Assembly: GCA_951406725.2 (NCBI GenBank) | Contig: OX597815.1 | Coordinates: 195,734,001 to 195,798,000, forward strand | DNA length: 64,000 nucleotides | Direction of reading: 5' to 3' | Source: Octopus vulgaris | Taxonomy: Eukaryota | Shown: in pieces, positions 12,600 through 27,456 of the stretch | Layout of the letters: each line of letters starts with the position of its first letter | Position numbering within the stretch: position 1 is the first letter of the stretch | Made by a program: the position numbers and the translations under genes | The notes under the pieces: generated by a model | The model's input: only the letters and a program-made list of their open reading frames with translations | What the model was told of the DNA's origin: nothing | The model's database searches: none

Positions 12600-14295
12600 T
12601 AAATACCAACTCCATATTATGATGCAACACCCATGTGTGAGATACTTCAGTAATGCTAATGCGGTTGATCTGGTAAGTATTAGTGATATAAGCCCTCGAC
12701 TAACCATCTCTTATATAACTTTTGGTGATATCCTAAGAGAAATAGATAAGATCAAGCACAACTCGGCTTGATGAGTTCCCGGCCACTGTCCTGAAGATGT
12801 GTCGACATCAAATTGCACTCCCTCTAGCTGAGCTCTGGAGAAACCCACTTGGTGCAGGCCACATTCCTAATCATTTTCTTTCCTAGTCTCTCGTTCTAGT
12901 CTTCAAAAAGGGAAACAAATCTCTTGCAGTGAACCACCGTCCGATTTCATTCTCTTCTCATATCATTAAAGTATTCGAGAGGGTGGTGAGATCGCGAATA
13001 ACTAACTTCCTCGAAGCCAACAATCTGCTGAACCCCAACCAGCATGGTTGCCGTATAGGCACCAGTTTGATGACATCTTAAAAGCTTTGAGATAGGGCTC
13101 CAACACTGATATCATATATCTAGATTTCAGCAAGGCATTTGACAGAGTTAACAAAATCCTGCTGAAGAAACTGTCCAACATTGGAGCCCGTGGAAAGCTG
13201 CTGCAGTGGATAAAGTGTTTCCTGACAACACAACCCAACATGTTGCTTGAGGAAATACGATCCAGCTCAGCCAAAGTCAGTAGTGGTGTCCCAGAATGTA
13301 CTGTGTTGGGCCCACTCCTCTTCATTATTTACATCAACGACACATTAGATGTTATCAAACATTCTACAGCGAAAATCTTTGCAGATGACTCCAAATTTCA
13401 GAAAGCCATAAACGGCATGGGAGACTGGACATGCATTCTGTTTGCTATTTCCAATGGGCGGGAAGAAACAATATGCTTTTAAATGAAGATAAGTTTGATT
13501 TGATCCCCATTGGAAAAGAGGATACTCTGAAATTACCATATTGTCTTCCCTCGGGCAACTCCCTAGTGTCATCCAACAACACCAGAGATCTTGAAGTAAT
13601 TGTTGATAACAATCTTAGCAGGAATTCTCATGTAATGCTGAGCTGCCTCGCAAAATGTGCACCTGGATTCTGAGAACTTTCCGGTCTAGCGATGCCTACA
13701 CCTTCATCCTTCTCGACTCTACTTGTGCTCAACCCCACCATGAATACCGTTGCCCACTGTGGTCCCCCGCACGAAGCAACTCATTATGAGAGTGAAGGAC
13801 TTCAGAGGTCAATAACATGAAAGATAGCCAGCCAGCATGAGATCCATTGACTATTGGGATCGAGTAAAAAAAATTCAATCTCTACTCTCTCCAACACCTC
13901 CTGGAGCGCTACATCATTTGTGTTATGTGGAAAATATTCCATCAACATTGCGAAAATGATGTTGGCATCAATTTTAAATTACAGCCAAGACTTGGATCCC
14001 GTGCTTACTAAAAAAATCGAACCCGGTACACATTGCAACATTACGTCAGAATTACTTTACCTCACATACTAAAATACGTCAAAACGCAAGCGGATCCCAT
14101 AAAATTCAAATGTTCAGTGGACAAATTTCTTAAAAAAAACCTGGACCAACCTCCTACACCCGGATATGTCTCCAACAAAAATAACTCTTTGCTAGAGTGG
14201 ACCATGGTGCCCATATGTGACTAAAAGACTTCATAAGGTAGTGCTATTAAATTAGACTTGGCCTGGGCCTATACTGGCCGAAACCTATCAAAGTT
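12600..14295 (+). mobile_element. 5'-truncated, degraded CR1-like LINE (RT domain to 3' end)
   Basis: PVFKKG-like, RPIS..SHIIKVFE, YLDFSKAFDRV, SGVPECTVLGPLLFIIYIND, KIFADDSK, FKCSVDKFL...PPTPGY; many stops and frameshifts; 5' limit approximate. Confidence 0.87.
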
Positions 14296-17013
14296 ACATA
14301 TATATATAAAATCAAAATGTAACTTTCAAGTATCATTTATTTCTGAAGATTTCAACTTCACGACTCAGTTACAAAACTAAGTTTTAGTAACTATGACATA
14401 GTAATCTTACAGTACGAGAGACGTTTTTTAACACCTCAGTTTATATTTGGATACAGACGTTGTGCCTAGATATGTGTTTCTCCATTACTTACTGTGAAAC
14501 CGATTTTTGTAAAGAAATGTGCAACAAATACGTTTAAGCGTCTACAGTTTATAATTACATCAGAATTAGTTATAAAAAAACATTTTCAGAATGAGATGTG
14601 AGGGGTTTAGTATAAGTTATACATCTCGAGTTTGGTGCTTCATAACTTTCAGAGATTTGATGTGTTTTTTTAAATAAAATTTTCATGGAGTTTTTAGGAA
14701 AGTAAATTGGGGCAGAGCGCATAGATATGTAGTTATGGACAAAAATTATTTAATGAAATAGTAGTTAGACGAATACATAAACACAACTTAAAACAATATT
14801 ATTCAAATTGGGAATCGGACGCGTAAATATCATTCTCAACCCGCCATTTACAACGTTTTAAATAAACAAATATATACTTTATATTCACAATTTATATTTT
14901 CTTTTATTAACTGAAGTCTGCATTTTCCGGCGAGAATTAAATAATTCCGCCACATACACGCACACGACATACACAAATTTTCCTTCAGACATACGCAAAC
15001 AGATGCATGTATATGAAATGCGTGTCTGTGTGTGTATGTATATGAATTCTTGTACGTATCCGTGTGTGTGTATGTATATCAATCTTATATTAAACTGTTT
15101 TCTAGTGAAGAGCACTTGAAAATATATCATTATAATAAAATCAAAATAAACGATACGAGCATATATATTCTTTATATTTAGTCGCCCACACATCGCACGC
15201 TTGCAGCGCATCGATGACGCTGCAATGATTATGCGCATTTCTCTTGCATAGATACTCTTGTTCATCCAGCTCATGATATTGTCCTTCTGTTGCGTACTTT
15301 GCCTGCCATTTCATCTAAAACTCTACTTTTCCTTCCCTGATAATGCTTTATCAGACCACCCGCTTCTTCGTATATGGCCATATGTTTTATTACAATGTTT
15401 AAGAGTTGTCGGCAATTGATTTAATTAATCGATCATTTTAAATTCATTCCACTCTTCTCAGTGAAAGATAGATGTTCAGTAAAAAAATAACACCGTGAAT
15501 TTACACGTAAGTGTTGGCAGAATAGACTCTCACAACATAACGAGACCAACAGAAGGATGTGAAATTAAAATTCATGTCTTTGCAAGTAAATTCGAAGTCA
15601 CAAGTGTTCAACATATTAACTATAGAACAATAATTCGGTGAGTAGTTATTAATTTGATTATTGAAAGGAATACTTCGCGTTGTGCGGAGAAGATGGTTTC
15701 GGGAATAACATGGGTAGACACGATAAAATTAATTCCAGTTCCTGGCATTCGTCGTGCAAGATTTTTTTAAAGAATGTGGGTTTGTATTTGAATATCTAAT
15801 ATGACAGCTATTTTCATTGTATAAACCTCGTATTGATTATTCAATTGTGAAATTCACTACGTAGAAAATATTCTTACAGAAAGAAAGCCTGAAACGAAAA
15901 TCATTTTTTGTGAGTCCTATGAGTAAGTTATGCACGAAACATTTTTTGTTATACATTGGAAGTGTACATCTCAATAAATAAATTAATCTGTCGTATACAA
16001 ATACCGTCATGTTTGCCAAAACTTTTCACTGTCACAAGAACTACATATAAAAAGACAGCATTAAAATACATATTCATCCAAATAAAATATAACAGACGAT
16101 TAGAAGTGTATCGCAGCTAAACTGATTGTTCCACCAGAATTACGTAATCATAAACCATTTCCAAAATTAAGTTACTAAGAACAGCACAAAAAGAGAAAAA
16201 TGTATATGTGGTCCTTCTGAATAGCCTTTGACTTATATGTTCTGATCTATTCTTGCTTTCAGATATAAAACTGACACAGTCAAATCTTCAGGACCTGCCG
16301 CGCTTAAGAAGCTTCTTCCAAATTTAATCGGATTTGATGTTAATATATTTTCCTATATATTTTACACCCTCGAGCTACTCTTATGAAGGCTGCTTGTCAT
16401 CTAAAATCAATGGCATTAACTAGTCGCTCTGTCTAATAAATATATAACATACCTCAATATTTCCCTTATATAACGTTCTTCTTAAATATAAAAAAAATTA
16501 ATTATCTTAACAATGGGCACATACAAATATGTAGTATTGAATACATTGTATTTAAAGGCGCGAGCGTTTGGGAAGTCTTGATAGTTTTAAGGCATATCTG
16601 TAGATAAATAAAATTTCAGAAAGGACACATTGTAATGAATTACGGAATTTATATTCATAGTATCACCAATGCGCCTTTGCAAATATGGATAATGGCCATT
16701 ACACACAATCCTTCACAATAAGAAGCAATGAAGTTGCAAATCTGTCTAGAAATATTCTCCACACTGTTCACGAATAACAATCTACTATCAAATTAGACCA
16801 TGTAGTGCTTGGTGCTCTATAACTGAATATTTGAGCGCCTTTTCCTTCAGATCCGTTCAAATCTACCTGAGCTAAGATTAAACTACGAAAGATAATCACA
16901 AAATAATAACCATAGTCAAGGTCAGAACCAAAATAACATTATAGAAAAAGATACCTTAATAGGACCAAATACGACGTGTCAGTAGAATATAACTGCATAA
17001 GCTATCAATATAA

Positions 17014-17360
17014 ATTTTGTTTTTGGATTTGGTTTGCAAGATTCTTTATTTGAGTTTGTGTGTTGAAGCATATTCTGTGTCTGGGGAGAGTCATTTTCTT
17101 TACGTGCCTTATAATGTAACACACTCACCGGTAAAATTTCCACCTATATCTTATTTTTTATTTTCCTAAAATTTTCGTTGCGTCTTGCAACCTTTTCAAT
17201 AGTCTTGGCTCTTGAAAATTCAAATCTATTGAAAAGGTTGGAAGACGCAACGAAAATTTTAGGAAAATAATAATAAGAAATAAGTGGAAATTTTACCGGC
17301 GAGTATGTTACATTATAAGACACAAAAAGAAAATGACTCTCTCCAGATACAACAGAATAT
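17014..17360. mobile_element. Fold-back element: inverted arms 17070-17202 / 17226-17360, each starting with a hammerhead-like motif
   Basis: Arms are diverged reverse complements (ttttcgttgcgtcttgcaaccttttcaatag / ctattgaaaaggttggaagacgcaacgaaaa); the same family recurs at 57133-57310. Confidence 0.75.
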
Positions 17361-18639
17361 CAATACAAATACTTATTTAAAAAGCAATAAACTTGTGTGT
17401 GTCCAACTCGTTAAACATTCTTTACTCAGAAGGAATCTCGAACACATATTGTGAAATTTACTTTTAGGCATGGCTGCATAAAATTAAATCCAGTCAACGA
17501 ATCAAATTTAAATGAAAAATTCTCATATACACTGAAGTAGAAAGAAAGATATCAGCTATAGAAAAACAGAACTTGGAATAAAAAAAAGTAACAGTAATAA
17601 TGCTAGTGATCATGGCGTACACACATGTCAGTAAGACATTTTCAAAAATGTCCGCTCGCATTGGGATCAATAAAACGCATGGCAAAAAATATTATTTCGG
17701 AGTGTATATGGGATTAAAGATTCAGCACAATCGATAAAAAAATAGAGAAACGAAAAAGTAAATCTAAAAACATACGTAAAAAACAAAGTTTATGGGAAGG
17801 AAATTTGCCAATACAATCAACACCGCTAACAAAAGGGAGACTTTCAGAATATATGGTGTAACCTACCTTATTTCAATTAGTTTAATATTACACAAAAATA
17901 GAGGGATAGCATGAAATGAATTAAAAAGGAGACAAGAATTTACAATATTTATTCCCAATTCACAAATCATCAGAGACTAAGCTACAAAACTCTGGCATTC
18001 TGTGATAAACAATATAGAATTTCTGAGAATTCCATATTACGCACTAACAATACACAATGCTCTGGCACCAACATAGTTTGGCCGCCTCTCTAAAAAACAT
18101 GATTTTAGTATGTGAACAAAAAGTTTTCCTGAAAGGTATGTACAGATGTAAATACAAAAATATTAATAAATCGGCTAGTTTTTGATGGAAATATAGAAAC
18201 AAATATTAAACAAGGCCTGGTTTCATGACATAAAAGTCCTGGCAGCACTTTCATATATTTGAGATGTTGCCAATGTTAACGCATTCTGTATCAATCATAA
18301 TATTCCCAAATATAAACGCATCAATAACATTGCAAAATACATAATGAATGAAATTTGGTCTACTCAATATAGCGCGAACAATTTTCATTTTGTTTCTCTC
18401 CTTTTACATTTGATCCCACTGACATATCAAACCAAACAATCAATCGTTATTGTTTTCCGTCAACCTGGTTGAAGAACCGATCCCAACCTGAAGGATTTCA
18501 CTGTACGGGTCCTACTATTCATCCTTTCGATTTTTAAATGCAAAAACTTACTCACGAGACAAATGTTCGGGTGGCTTTGCTGAGTTGCCACCTCACCTTC
18601 TTACGCCAATCTCTCACAAGTTTACCCATTAACAGTTGA

Positions 18640-18817
18640 ATAATTTGGAGCAAAGTTCAATGAAGTGTTTTACTCAAGAACACAGCAGGTATTCGGTCTG
18701 GGAATCGAAAGTTTGATCTCCCGATCCTGGTTTTGTGCCGCCAACTAGATGACCATTGTGTGCCTGAGATTCTCAGGCCGGATGTGCAACACACTAACCA
18801 CTAGGCCACACAACTTC
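18640..18817 (-). mobile_element. Old tRNA-derived SINE head fragment
   Basis: Minus strand gtgtggcctagtggttagtgtgttgcac (A box) and ttcgattcccagacc (B box), then gttcttgagtaaaacacttca. Confidence 0.55.
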
Positions 18818-19846
18818 AGTCATTTTCGGATGACCGTTGACTCTTTTGAACTCTTCCGCCTTTGACGTGTTTTTTTCCTCGTCTTGTCAATCGACGATGA
18901 TCCGTCATGGCGAGAGATTGTACTGTGTTAAATGTTACTAAGGCAATTTGATAAGTTATAAATCCCTATATAAATTTATAACCTACTTCGTTTGTATGGT
19001 AGATTTATAACTATATCCAAGATGCAACATTAAACTGGAAAACCTTTAAAAATATGTTGACATATCACGAAGACGAATATATCAAAGATTCACTTTGCGG
19101 AAGAACGTTGAATTTTAAAATATGAAATGTTGCACAGAAACTGGTATGAGAGCGTTAATATGGGATACCTTTTAAATGCCTTTAAGCCAAATTTTACATA
19201 TATATTTACGCCAATAGTGAAAGACGAAGGGAAAAGATGGTAGTTACAAATGCATCCCAGCACTAAATAGGGATTCAGGAAATTTTTTTATAAAAATAAT
19301 GTAACTACTAAAATTTAAGGTAATATGTATATAAGTGCTTTAGGCAACATGAAAATTTACATTACAGCAATTGCCTTTTGAAGTAATTGTGTAGCTTGTA
19401 GTGGTGAAATATTAACGGGTATGTAGGGTTTTATTATTAGCTTTTGAATGATGAAATAATGAAATTCACTCATAAAAATATTTGTTAAATTATTTTCAAT
19501 CGTGTTTTGTTTACAAGAAATTTTTATCAGGCTTTAACTTGCATTATAGTAGCATCTATGGAAGACCGGTGGGATTATTATTTGTATGGGCTTAAAGATT
19601 GGTCGCAATTTAGCATATAATTTAGTTATTGTAGTTTGCTATTAATAACTATACAATGTACGTTGATTTATATGTCTCTTTGTTATAGTTTTATTAAAGT
19701 TAATGTTTAATCCTGCCTAAATTTTTATTCATTGAAATATTGTACTTATTAAGGTTGTGCTTTTATATTACACTACCGAAGGCGGAAAGGGATTGTAATT
19801 TTTGCAGGATTTAATAGAGTTACCGGTGTTTCGCTACGTATTTAGG

Positions 19847-19984
19847 TGTGGTTGTAATTCATTTATTGAATTTATTTATCGATACGGTTTTACACAGGGT
19901 AAATGTGTTTGAAAGTTGTGGTTTCTTTGGTTTGTTTGTTCCCAAACAACACTTATTTTAGTGCTGTTGACACCACCGGATTAA
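19847..19984. repeat. Dispersed repeat, second copy at 22120-22242
   Basis: gtggttgtaattcatttattgaatttatttatcgatacggtt...caaacaacacttattttagtgctg..gacaccaccggattaa at both loci. Confidence 0.8.
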
Positions 19985-20090
19985 GGATTATGCCATTCAG
20001 ATGCTCATATACCATGGTCTCGCTTGCTGGCCCACAGATAATATTAACAAAAGTAATGTCTTATTTCGAATGTAAGCGTTCGAGTATTTG

Positions 20091-20093
<3 letters not shown>

Positions 20094-20157
<64 letters not shown>

Positions 20158-20210
20158 GTATGTATATATATATATGTATGTATATTTATATATATATATG
20201 TATGTATATG

Positions 20211-20244
<34 letters not shown>

Positions 20245-20284
20245 TATGTATGTATATATGTATATTTATATATATATATGTTTA

Positions 20285-20336
<52 letters not shown>

Positions 20337-20348
20337 TGTATATATATA

Positions 20349-20414
<66 letters not shown>
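20094..20414. repeat. (TA)n/(TATG)n microsatellite
   Basis: Directly visible. Confidence 0.95.
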
Positions 20415-20418
<4 letters not shown>

Positions 20419-21026
20419 AATTAAGTAGATGTTGGTGCGCTAATTAAAGAAACATCAATTGAGTACAATATGGTGTTCAATAAAGAATTGTGTGCCGTGT
20501 TGAAACTTAGTGTGAAGAACTACTTATAGTAATAATATGTCTAATATTTATAGTTGAATATTTACGATTGCGAACTATTCAAATATTAAGAGCAAAATTT
20601 ATGTCAACAGTAACTACCAATTAACCATAAAATTGATAGAATAATTATATTAAATTATGAGGAGGTGATATCTGATAAAATTACTACAGATTATAATGAT
20701 CATACGATTAAAATCAATGAACTGCAGAAAGAAATTATATTAGTTAATCTTACGGAGTCGTTTTAGAAAACATTGAATAATTAGCTGCAGATAACGGTCG
20801 TTTGTGTATTTCCCAAAACATGAATTTGCAGTCGTGAGTGTCATTTCCGTTAATTTACCGTTACATAACAGGATTACTCTGGAAACATGACGGCAGCTGT
20901 TGCTGTTAAGAATAAATAAAATTTTAGAATGAATATAGTGACCCACATGTCAACTTAGACATCATGAGTGAAAATAAATCATAACAAACATGTAGAAGCG
21001 AAAAATCGTTTCTAAAATATAACTTT

Positions 21027-21343
21027 GAATAAATATTTTGGATGTAGGGTCAGCAACTTACGAAAAGACTCGTTCGCCAACATGTCCAGAAAAAAGATAA
21101 GTACAAAATTCATTAGAATCATCAGACTTTTTACTGCACAATTATTGTACAACTTACAGAAATTATTTAAGATTTAGGCGACGAATAAATATTTTGGATG
21201 TAGGGTCAGCAACTTACGAAAAGATTCGTTCGCCAACTTGTTCAGAAAAACGATGAGTACTGTACAAAATTCATTAGAATCATCAGACTTTTTACTGCAC
21301 AATTATTGTACAACTTACAAAAATTATTTAAGATTTAGGCGAC
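21027..21343. repeat. Tandem duplication (units 21027-21182 and 21183-21343)
   Basis: gaataaatattttggatgtagggtcagc...gatttaggcgac occurs twice with a few substitutions and a 5-bp indel. Confidence 0.92.
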
Positions 21344-21655
21344 TGAAAATAAAGAGAATGAAAGTAAGTTTCACAGGTCAGAAAAGAAAAGGAGCTAATC
21401 GAAATTCAGGAATTGATGTCAATTACTGAAACTTCGACGTCTGTGTACATCTAGTTGAATACATGTGTGATAACATCCAAGACGTTGCTCGAAACTCGCA
21501 ATATTGTTAATAGCATACTTTAATGCTTCCAGCTGTATTTTTTGTGACATTGGCAGTTGTTACATAGAAGGTAATCGTTTTGTAGTAATATGAAATATGA
21601 TTATGAAAATGAAAGTGAAATTAAGGAATTAGAAGAAATAAATGCATAAAAATCA

Positions 21656-22067
21656 TACTCTCTTTACTCCTTTACTTGTTTCCAGTCATTTGAGTGCGGC
21701 CATGCTGGAGCACCGCCTTTAATCGAGCAACTCGACCCCAGGACTTATTCTTTTGTAAGCCCAGTACTTATTCTATCGGTCTCTTTTGCCGAACCGCTAA
21801 GTAACGGGGACGTAAACAAACCAGCATCGGTTGTCAAGCAATGCTAGGGGGACAAACACAGACGTACAAACACACACACGCATATATATATATATACATA
21901 TATACGACGGGCTTCTTTCAGTTTCCGTCTACCAAATCCACTCACAAGGCTTTGGTCGGCCCGAGACTATAGTAGAAGACACCTGCCCAAGGTGTCACGC
22001 AGTGGGACTGAACCCAGAACCATGTGGTTGGTAAACAAGCTACTTACCACACAGCCACTCCTGCGCC
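21656..22067 (-). mobile_element. SINE family A, full length
   Basis: Match to family A over its whole length. Confidence 0.92.
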
Positions 22068-22276
22068 TATTTATTTTTGTGCATTTAATTTAATACAAAT
22101 TCTTTAAAACTTTTAGCCATGTGGTTGTAATTCATTTATTGAATTTATTTATCGATACGGTTGAAAATTGGGTAAATGGTTTCTTTGGATTGTTTGTTCT
22201 CAAACAACACTTATTTTAGTGCTGTCGACACCACCGGATTAAATGGTACTGCCCAGGTCTCAAAACCACAATCATA

Positions 22277-22361
22277 TTCTGGGGTCGATTTGCTCGACTA
22301 AAGGCGGTGATCCAGCATGGCCACAGTCAAATGACTGAAACAAGTAAAAGAGTAAAAGAGT
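22277..22361 (+). mobile_element. SINE family A 3' fragment
   Basis: ctggggtcgatttgctcgactaaaggcggtg...gaaacaagtaaaagagtaaaagag. Confidence 0.85.
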
Positions 22362-24627
22362 ATTGGTAATAATATAGAGCACTCTTTCATTGTTTTAGAA
22401 ATCATCAGGAAGACACAACCGTACCATATTTAAACATGTAAGGAATTATGGCATTTCTTTAATGATGTAAAACAGTACAGTTTTGAGGAAAGTCTTCACA
22501 TGCAGTTCCGCTTCATAATATATTATTAGATAAGGAATTGTGATAGTAGAAACATCTTAATGTTTACAAAAAGAAACATATTCTCAGGGAATTCTACTTT
22601 GTAGTATGGTATCCGGAAATTTCACTTTTAACTACAAACCCCTTCACATTCCGTTTTCCGATGTAACCATTGAGGTGTAAACTTTTGTTTCAATCTGTAT
22701 TATAGAGATATTACCGATATAACTGGTTATGTTTTATAGTTGGAACAGCAGCAGTGAAGAAATACTGTATCATTATTGGGAATTCTATGGTTATATTTTG
22801 ACTTACATATTATTAGTTTTATTTATCGCTTTTGTTCTCATGAAGGTTTTAATTCTTGCTAAGATATTCATATAAACATATTTTACATTCACAACACATC
22901 CGTAAATGCGCAAGCTATTGAGGATTTAGATAAACGAAACCAGCTTTTAAACAATGTTTATATCTATATGTGTTATAAAATTTTACTCTCGTAAAGAAAT
23001 TAAGAAGGTAAGAAATAGTCAAATATCCATAAAACTTTGGAGATCTTTATCACTAATAAATTTCATCGACATTGTAATATCCTAAAGCCCCTTTCTGGAA
23101 ATAATTCCTTCATTTGATATACGTTTCAGAGACATCATTAATAATCTCGTAAAATATTTCTATAGAGAGAAAATAAATTTGGAGAAGAGACAGATATTTA
23201 TTTTTTTATTGTGAACCATGTTAGAGGAGAAATGGTTTCTTGTTACGTCACATTAAGGCTTCTCCAGCAAATACCTACAAAAGTGTTTGACAATAAGCTT
23301 AAGACATTCGTTACCATGAAACTAAATTTACATACTCGCCTGCAGCTATTGGGTATTACATAAAAAAGAATGTCTTTCAGAGTATAATTCCTTCTTAACA
23401 ATGGCTGAGAAGGTGCTGCATCATAGTGGTATACGGTGATTTAAATCGAGCATTTTTTACACAAGAACTTGGCCTGAATAAATAGGAAAACCTTGATATT
23501 CGAACGCTATTGTACGTGCTTCGTACTTGTGGCCTGCTCGTACGATATCAAATTGATCATTCTGAGCTTGAATTCAGGGTGGGATTTGGTGATGATGTAT
23601 ACGATATAATGTATACGATATGATGTTCGAAATAGCTTCCGAAAGCTTGCAAACAGTGGTTATCGAAACCGCATAAATCGCTCGCTTAAATGTAACAAGT
23701 AATTCATGCATCTGTCGCTAAATATGTAGAATACGTTAGTTTCATATTTAACCCTGCCATTAGAATATATGTCAGGAATAGGACTCTATTTTGACACTTT
23801 TTTAGAGCGGAGATTTATTTTCTAAGTATTCTACAATTCAACGAATACGGATGATATTTCATTACGAAGATACGTTGTCATAATCAAGTCTCAGTAATGT
23901 TACAGTATTAGTTAGGGTTAGGGTTAGGGTCGAAGTGTCGTGCATTCACTAAGGTTAATGAATTACATATTATTTATCGTAAATATAATATAATTCAGAA
24001 TAGCACCAAAACGCCATTCGTAAATATATGATATAATTACACATAAAATAAATAAAATACTCTAATCGAATTTATAAAGTGTAAATACCATCAAATATTT
24101 CAAATTATTGCATATATATGCATATGTACATAAGCATATACACATACATAGAGACACTCAAACACACACACATACAGACATATATTTATATGTGTGTAAA
24201 TATGTGTATATATGTATACTTTTTATGCCTATATACCTGTATATATATATATGTACATATGTACGTGTGTATGCATGTATGTTTGTATGTATGAATATAT
24301 GAATATTCATCTATATTTTGAAAAAGGTCAGAAACGCATTTTCAGAGATATTTCATAATTTAATTGCATCCCAGAGCTGTTTCATTAGAAAGAAAGCTCA
24401 TTAATTCCATTATTACGTAATTAAGATACAAATTAATATGTATAACCAGAGTTAAATTAAATTAAATTTATGTTAACCGAAGTCAACAGGAACACTGCCG
24501 GCTATATATCCATCATAGATATGTGCGTAAGTGTGTGTGAGTGCGTATATAGTCTCATATGCAATTAAATACATATATACATACACATAACTATATATCT
24601 ATCTATCTATGTATCTATTTACCTATC

Positions 24628-24663
<36 letters not shown>

Positions 24664-24744
24664 ATGTGTGTACACACATATGTTCGTAGGTATTAATATA
24701 ATATATACATAAATATATACATGTAAATTATGTATTTTATTGTT

Positions 24745-25260
24745 TTCTTTACTAGTTTCGACTCGAGATATGCGGCAATACTGGGGCACTGCCCTTAGCT
24801 CTGCTATACCTTCACTAAGCATTCTCTGATGCGTGGCATCTGATGAGTGAAGGAATTTTATGTTGCTGCCCACATCTACGTTTCTTGCCGACGTTTAGAT
24901 TTCTTTTTAAGACGCCTATATCCACTCGATGTAGTCCTCTCATGCTTGTGAGAGGTTATTGAAGAGCTGGTGGCCCCTGAAACCCAAGCTGTTGCAGTAT
25001 CTGCATTTCTATCCTCATTGAATTGTTTGATTTTCTGGTAGTATGCAATGGCACCTCGTTCTGCTGTTTGAGTAACTTTCAATGTCAAAATCAGTTACAA
25101 ATAGAATTTTCCAGATGTATATTATTGCATATCTTCCCCGCCATTGTTCTAGAGAGTAGAGTCTTTATAATTTTCACTACCTTCCAATATTTTTCACCGG
25201 AATAGTTCAATACTGAATTTTTGTTCCGAGTAGGCTAGTTGTTACCGAAATGCATTTCGA
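24745..25260 (-). mobile_element. Degraded CR1-like LINE 3' end
   Basis: Minus strand translates LYSLEQWRGRYAIIYIWKIL...DFDIESYSNSRTRCHCILP...RYCNSLGFRGHQLFNNL; ends gggcagtgccccagtattgccgca...gaaactagtaaag. Confidence 0.72.
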
Positions 25261-25554
25261 AAAAGCCCGCCATTTTCATAAATATGTAAAGATAAACATT
25301 CATACATGCTGCGGCGAATTCTACGGTTGGTTGTCGGGTATGTGATGTTGTGTTTTTTCTTATATATCTTGAGATCGTTGCACTGAAGAGCATAGAATGC
25401 ATATTCTGGATTGATTGCGAAATTACAGGTGATATGTAACTAAATTCTGTTTTTAAATGACTCGCTTTGAAGTTTTGCATTCGGTACAATTTGTTTATTT
25501 TAGTAGTTTTGACTGCAAAAGTCCCTCCTAGCGTGCGGTACCTATGAATAGTAG

Positions 25555-25621
<67 letters not shown>

Positions 25622-27374
25622 CATATGTGTGTGTATGTGTATCGAGTGAAAAAATATCAGAGAAAGTTAGACAGACAGTTGTTTCCAATCAAGTTTTCTT
25701 TAGTAACAATTTTCCTTTTGCATAAGGATAATGATAAATGTTGAATGATGATTTTCATAAAATACAGTAATGCAAAGGAAATTATTATTATTATTATTAA
25801 TATGCTAATCTATCTATACAATAATTTATGCATTCTTAATACGATCTGCTAGAACACATTAAATAAATTCTTATTTCATAGTGTAGGATTTTCGCTGCTC
25901 TGCTTGTAGAAAATAAATTACTTTTAATTTAATAATTTATCTGAATTAAGTATCCAGGTTGCATAGAGTCCAATAGAAAATTCGTATATTGAAAATTACA
26001 GGATGTGACATTTTTCGATGTTGTGACAATACATTGTCCAGACTCCCTCTCAGTTTTCCTATTTATGGCACGACCTAGATTTGTGAATTCGAGAATCAAG
26101 TATGTTCTTAATAGTAGCTCTGAAAAATTTCTATACAACAGAAAATTGTAGTCAAAACTAACGTAGTATCGAACGACCTTGGTGCCGAAATATAGATAAT
26201 TTTCAAAAAGATAACATGTTTCAACATTTGTAGAATAGCCTTCAAATAAACGATGCCAAAGTTATCTTACCTCGCCGGTGAGATCAGAAATGTAAACACA
26301 CCTTGTCATGGGAAATTAGAATATGGGAAGTTCAATAAGCTATAAGCTATCTATATTAAACAATGTTGCCATTTGCATACGCAAAGTAACAAGGAAGGTT
26401 CCTCTATGTTTCTATAAAGGACTATTCAAATGAAATATGTCTTTCTGTATCATCGGGGATATTGAAAACTGAATCTATTTCATTCCATTTGTTTCACTGA
26501 ATGACATGCATAACGGTTCCACAAGCACGTTGATGGTTATAGTGCAATGTTAATTTTCGCTTGTTTTCTACAATTCTATAAAGATATTTCTCGGTTATGG
26601 CTGGAAGCTCATCTGATACGAAGCACAATGAGATTAATTTATGAACAGAAATAAATTGAATTTCAGGTGATAGAAATCCATGGTAACATCTCCTACTAAT
26701 TGTTCACATCACCGTTTGTATGCTGAACCCAATGATCATTTGCTATAAGGAACTTGTGAGTTGAAACATTTAAGATTTCACAAATAGCAAAATAGGAACG
26801 AAGAGATTTTTAATTTGAAGTGGAAAGCATGTTACAGCGATACACAAATTATTCATGACAACTAAATTACTCAGAAGGTTCGTTAGGTATCTTAGTTAGT
26901 GCTATGCCACTCTACATATGTTTGGATTTATTCTTCTCTAAATATATCAATCTCCTGAAAGGCTCAAGCTCCATAGACATATACTAGTAACTAAATAGAC
27001 GATATATTTTAGAATCCTGAGGTCTGGGTATTACTCTCCTATGTAATAATCTGCATTTTTTAAAACTTTTTTTGTGGTGACGACATCTGTGTAATGCAGA
27101 ATTTCATTGGTTCACCTGAAGATTTTGAAATTCCTATTCTTGTGATTAATGTTGATAGTTTAAGAAAATATAAAATTGAACCTATTCTATAGCATAGACG
27201 CAAGAAAATAGCACTCGAGCAAATATGAAATTATAGCATTTTGTTTATTCGAAATTCAAATTATTCCCCTAGGCACACTGTGCACGAGATATAAAACGAA
27301 AGAAGCAAAGGTACATTCAAGATGTATATATGCATATATTCGTTTGTGTGTACGTATGTATATGTATATAAACA

Positions 27375-27445
<71 letters not shown>

Positions 27446-27456
27446 GTGTCTACGTA

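Noticed and set aside
15180-15330. Possible host exon on the minus strand (ttttag|ATGAAATGGCAGG...)
   Set aside because: Acceptor-like site and higher GC, but no recognisable protein, convincing donor or neighbouring exons.
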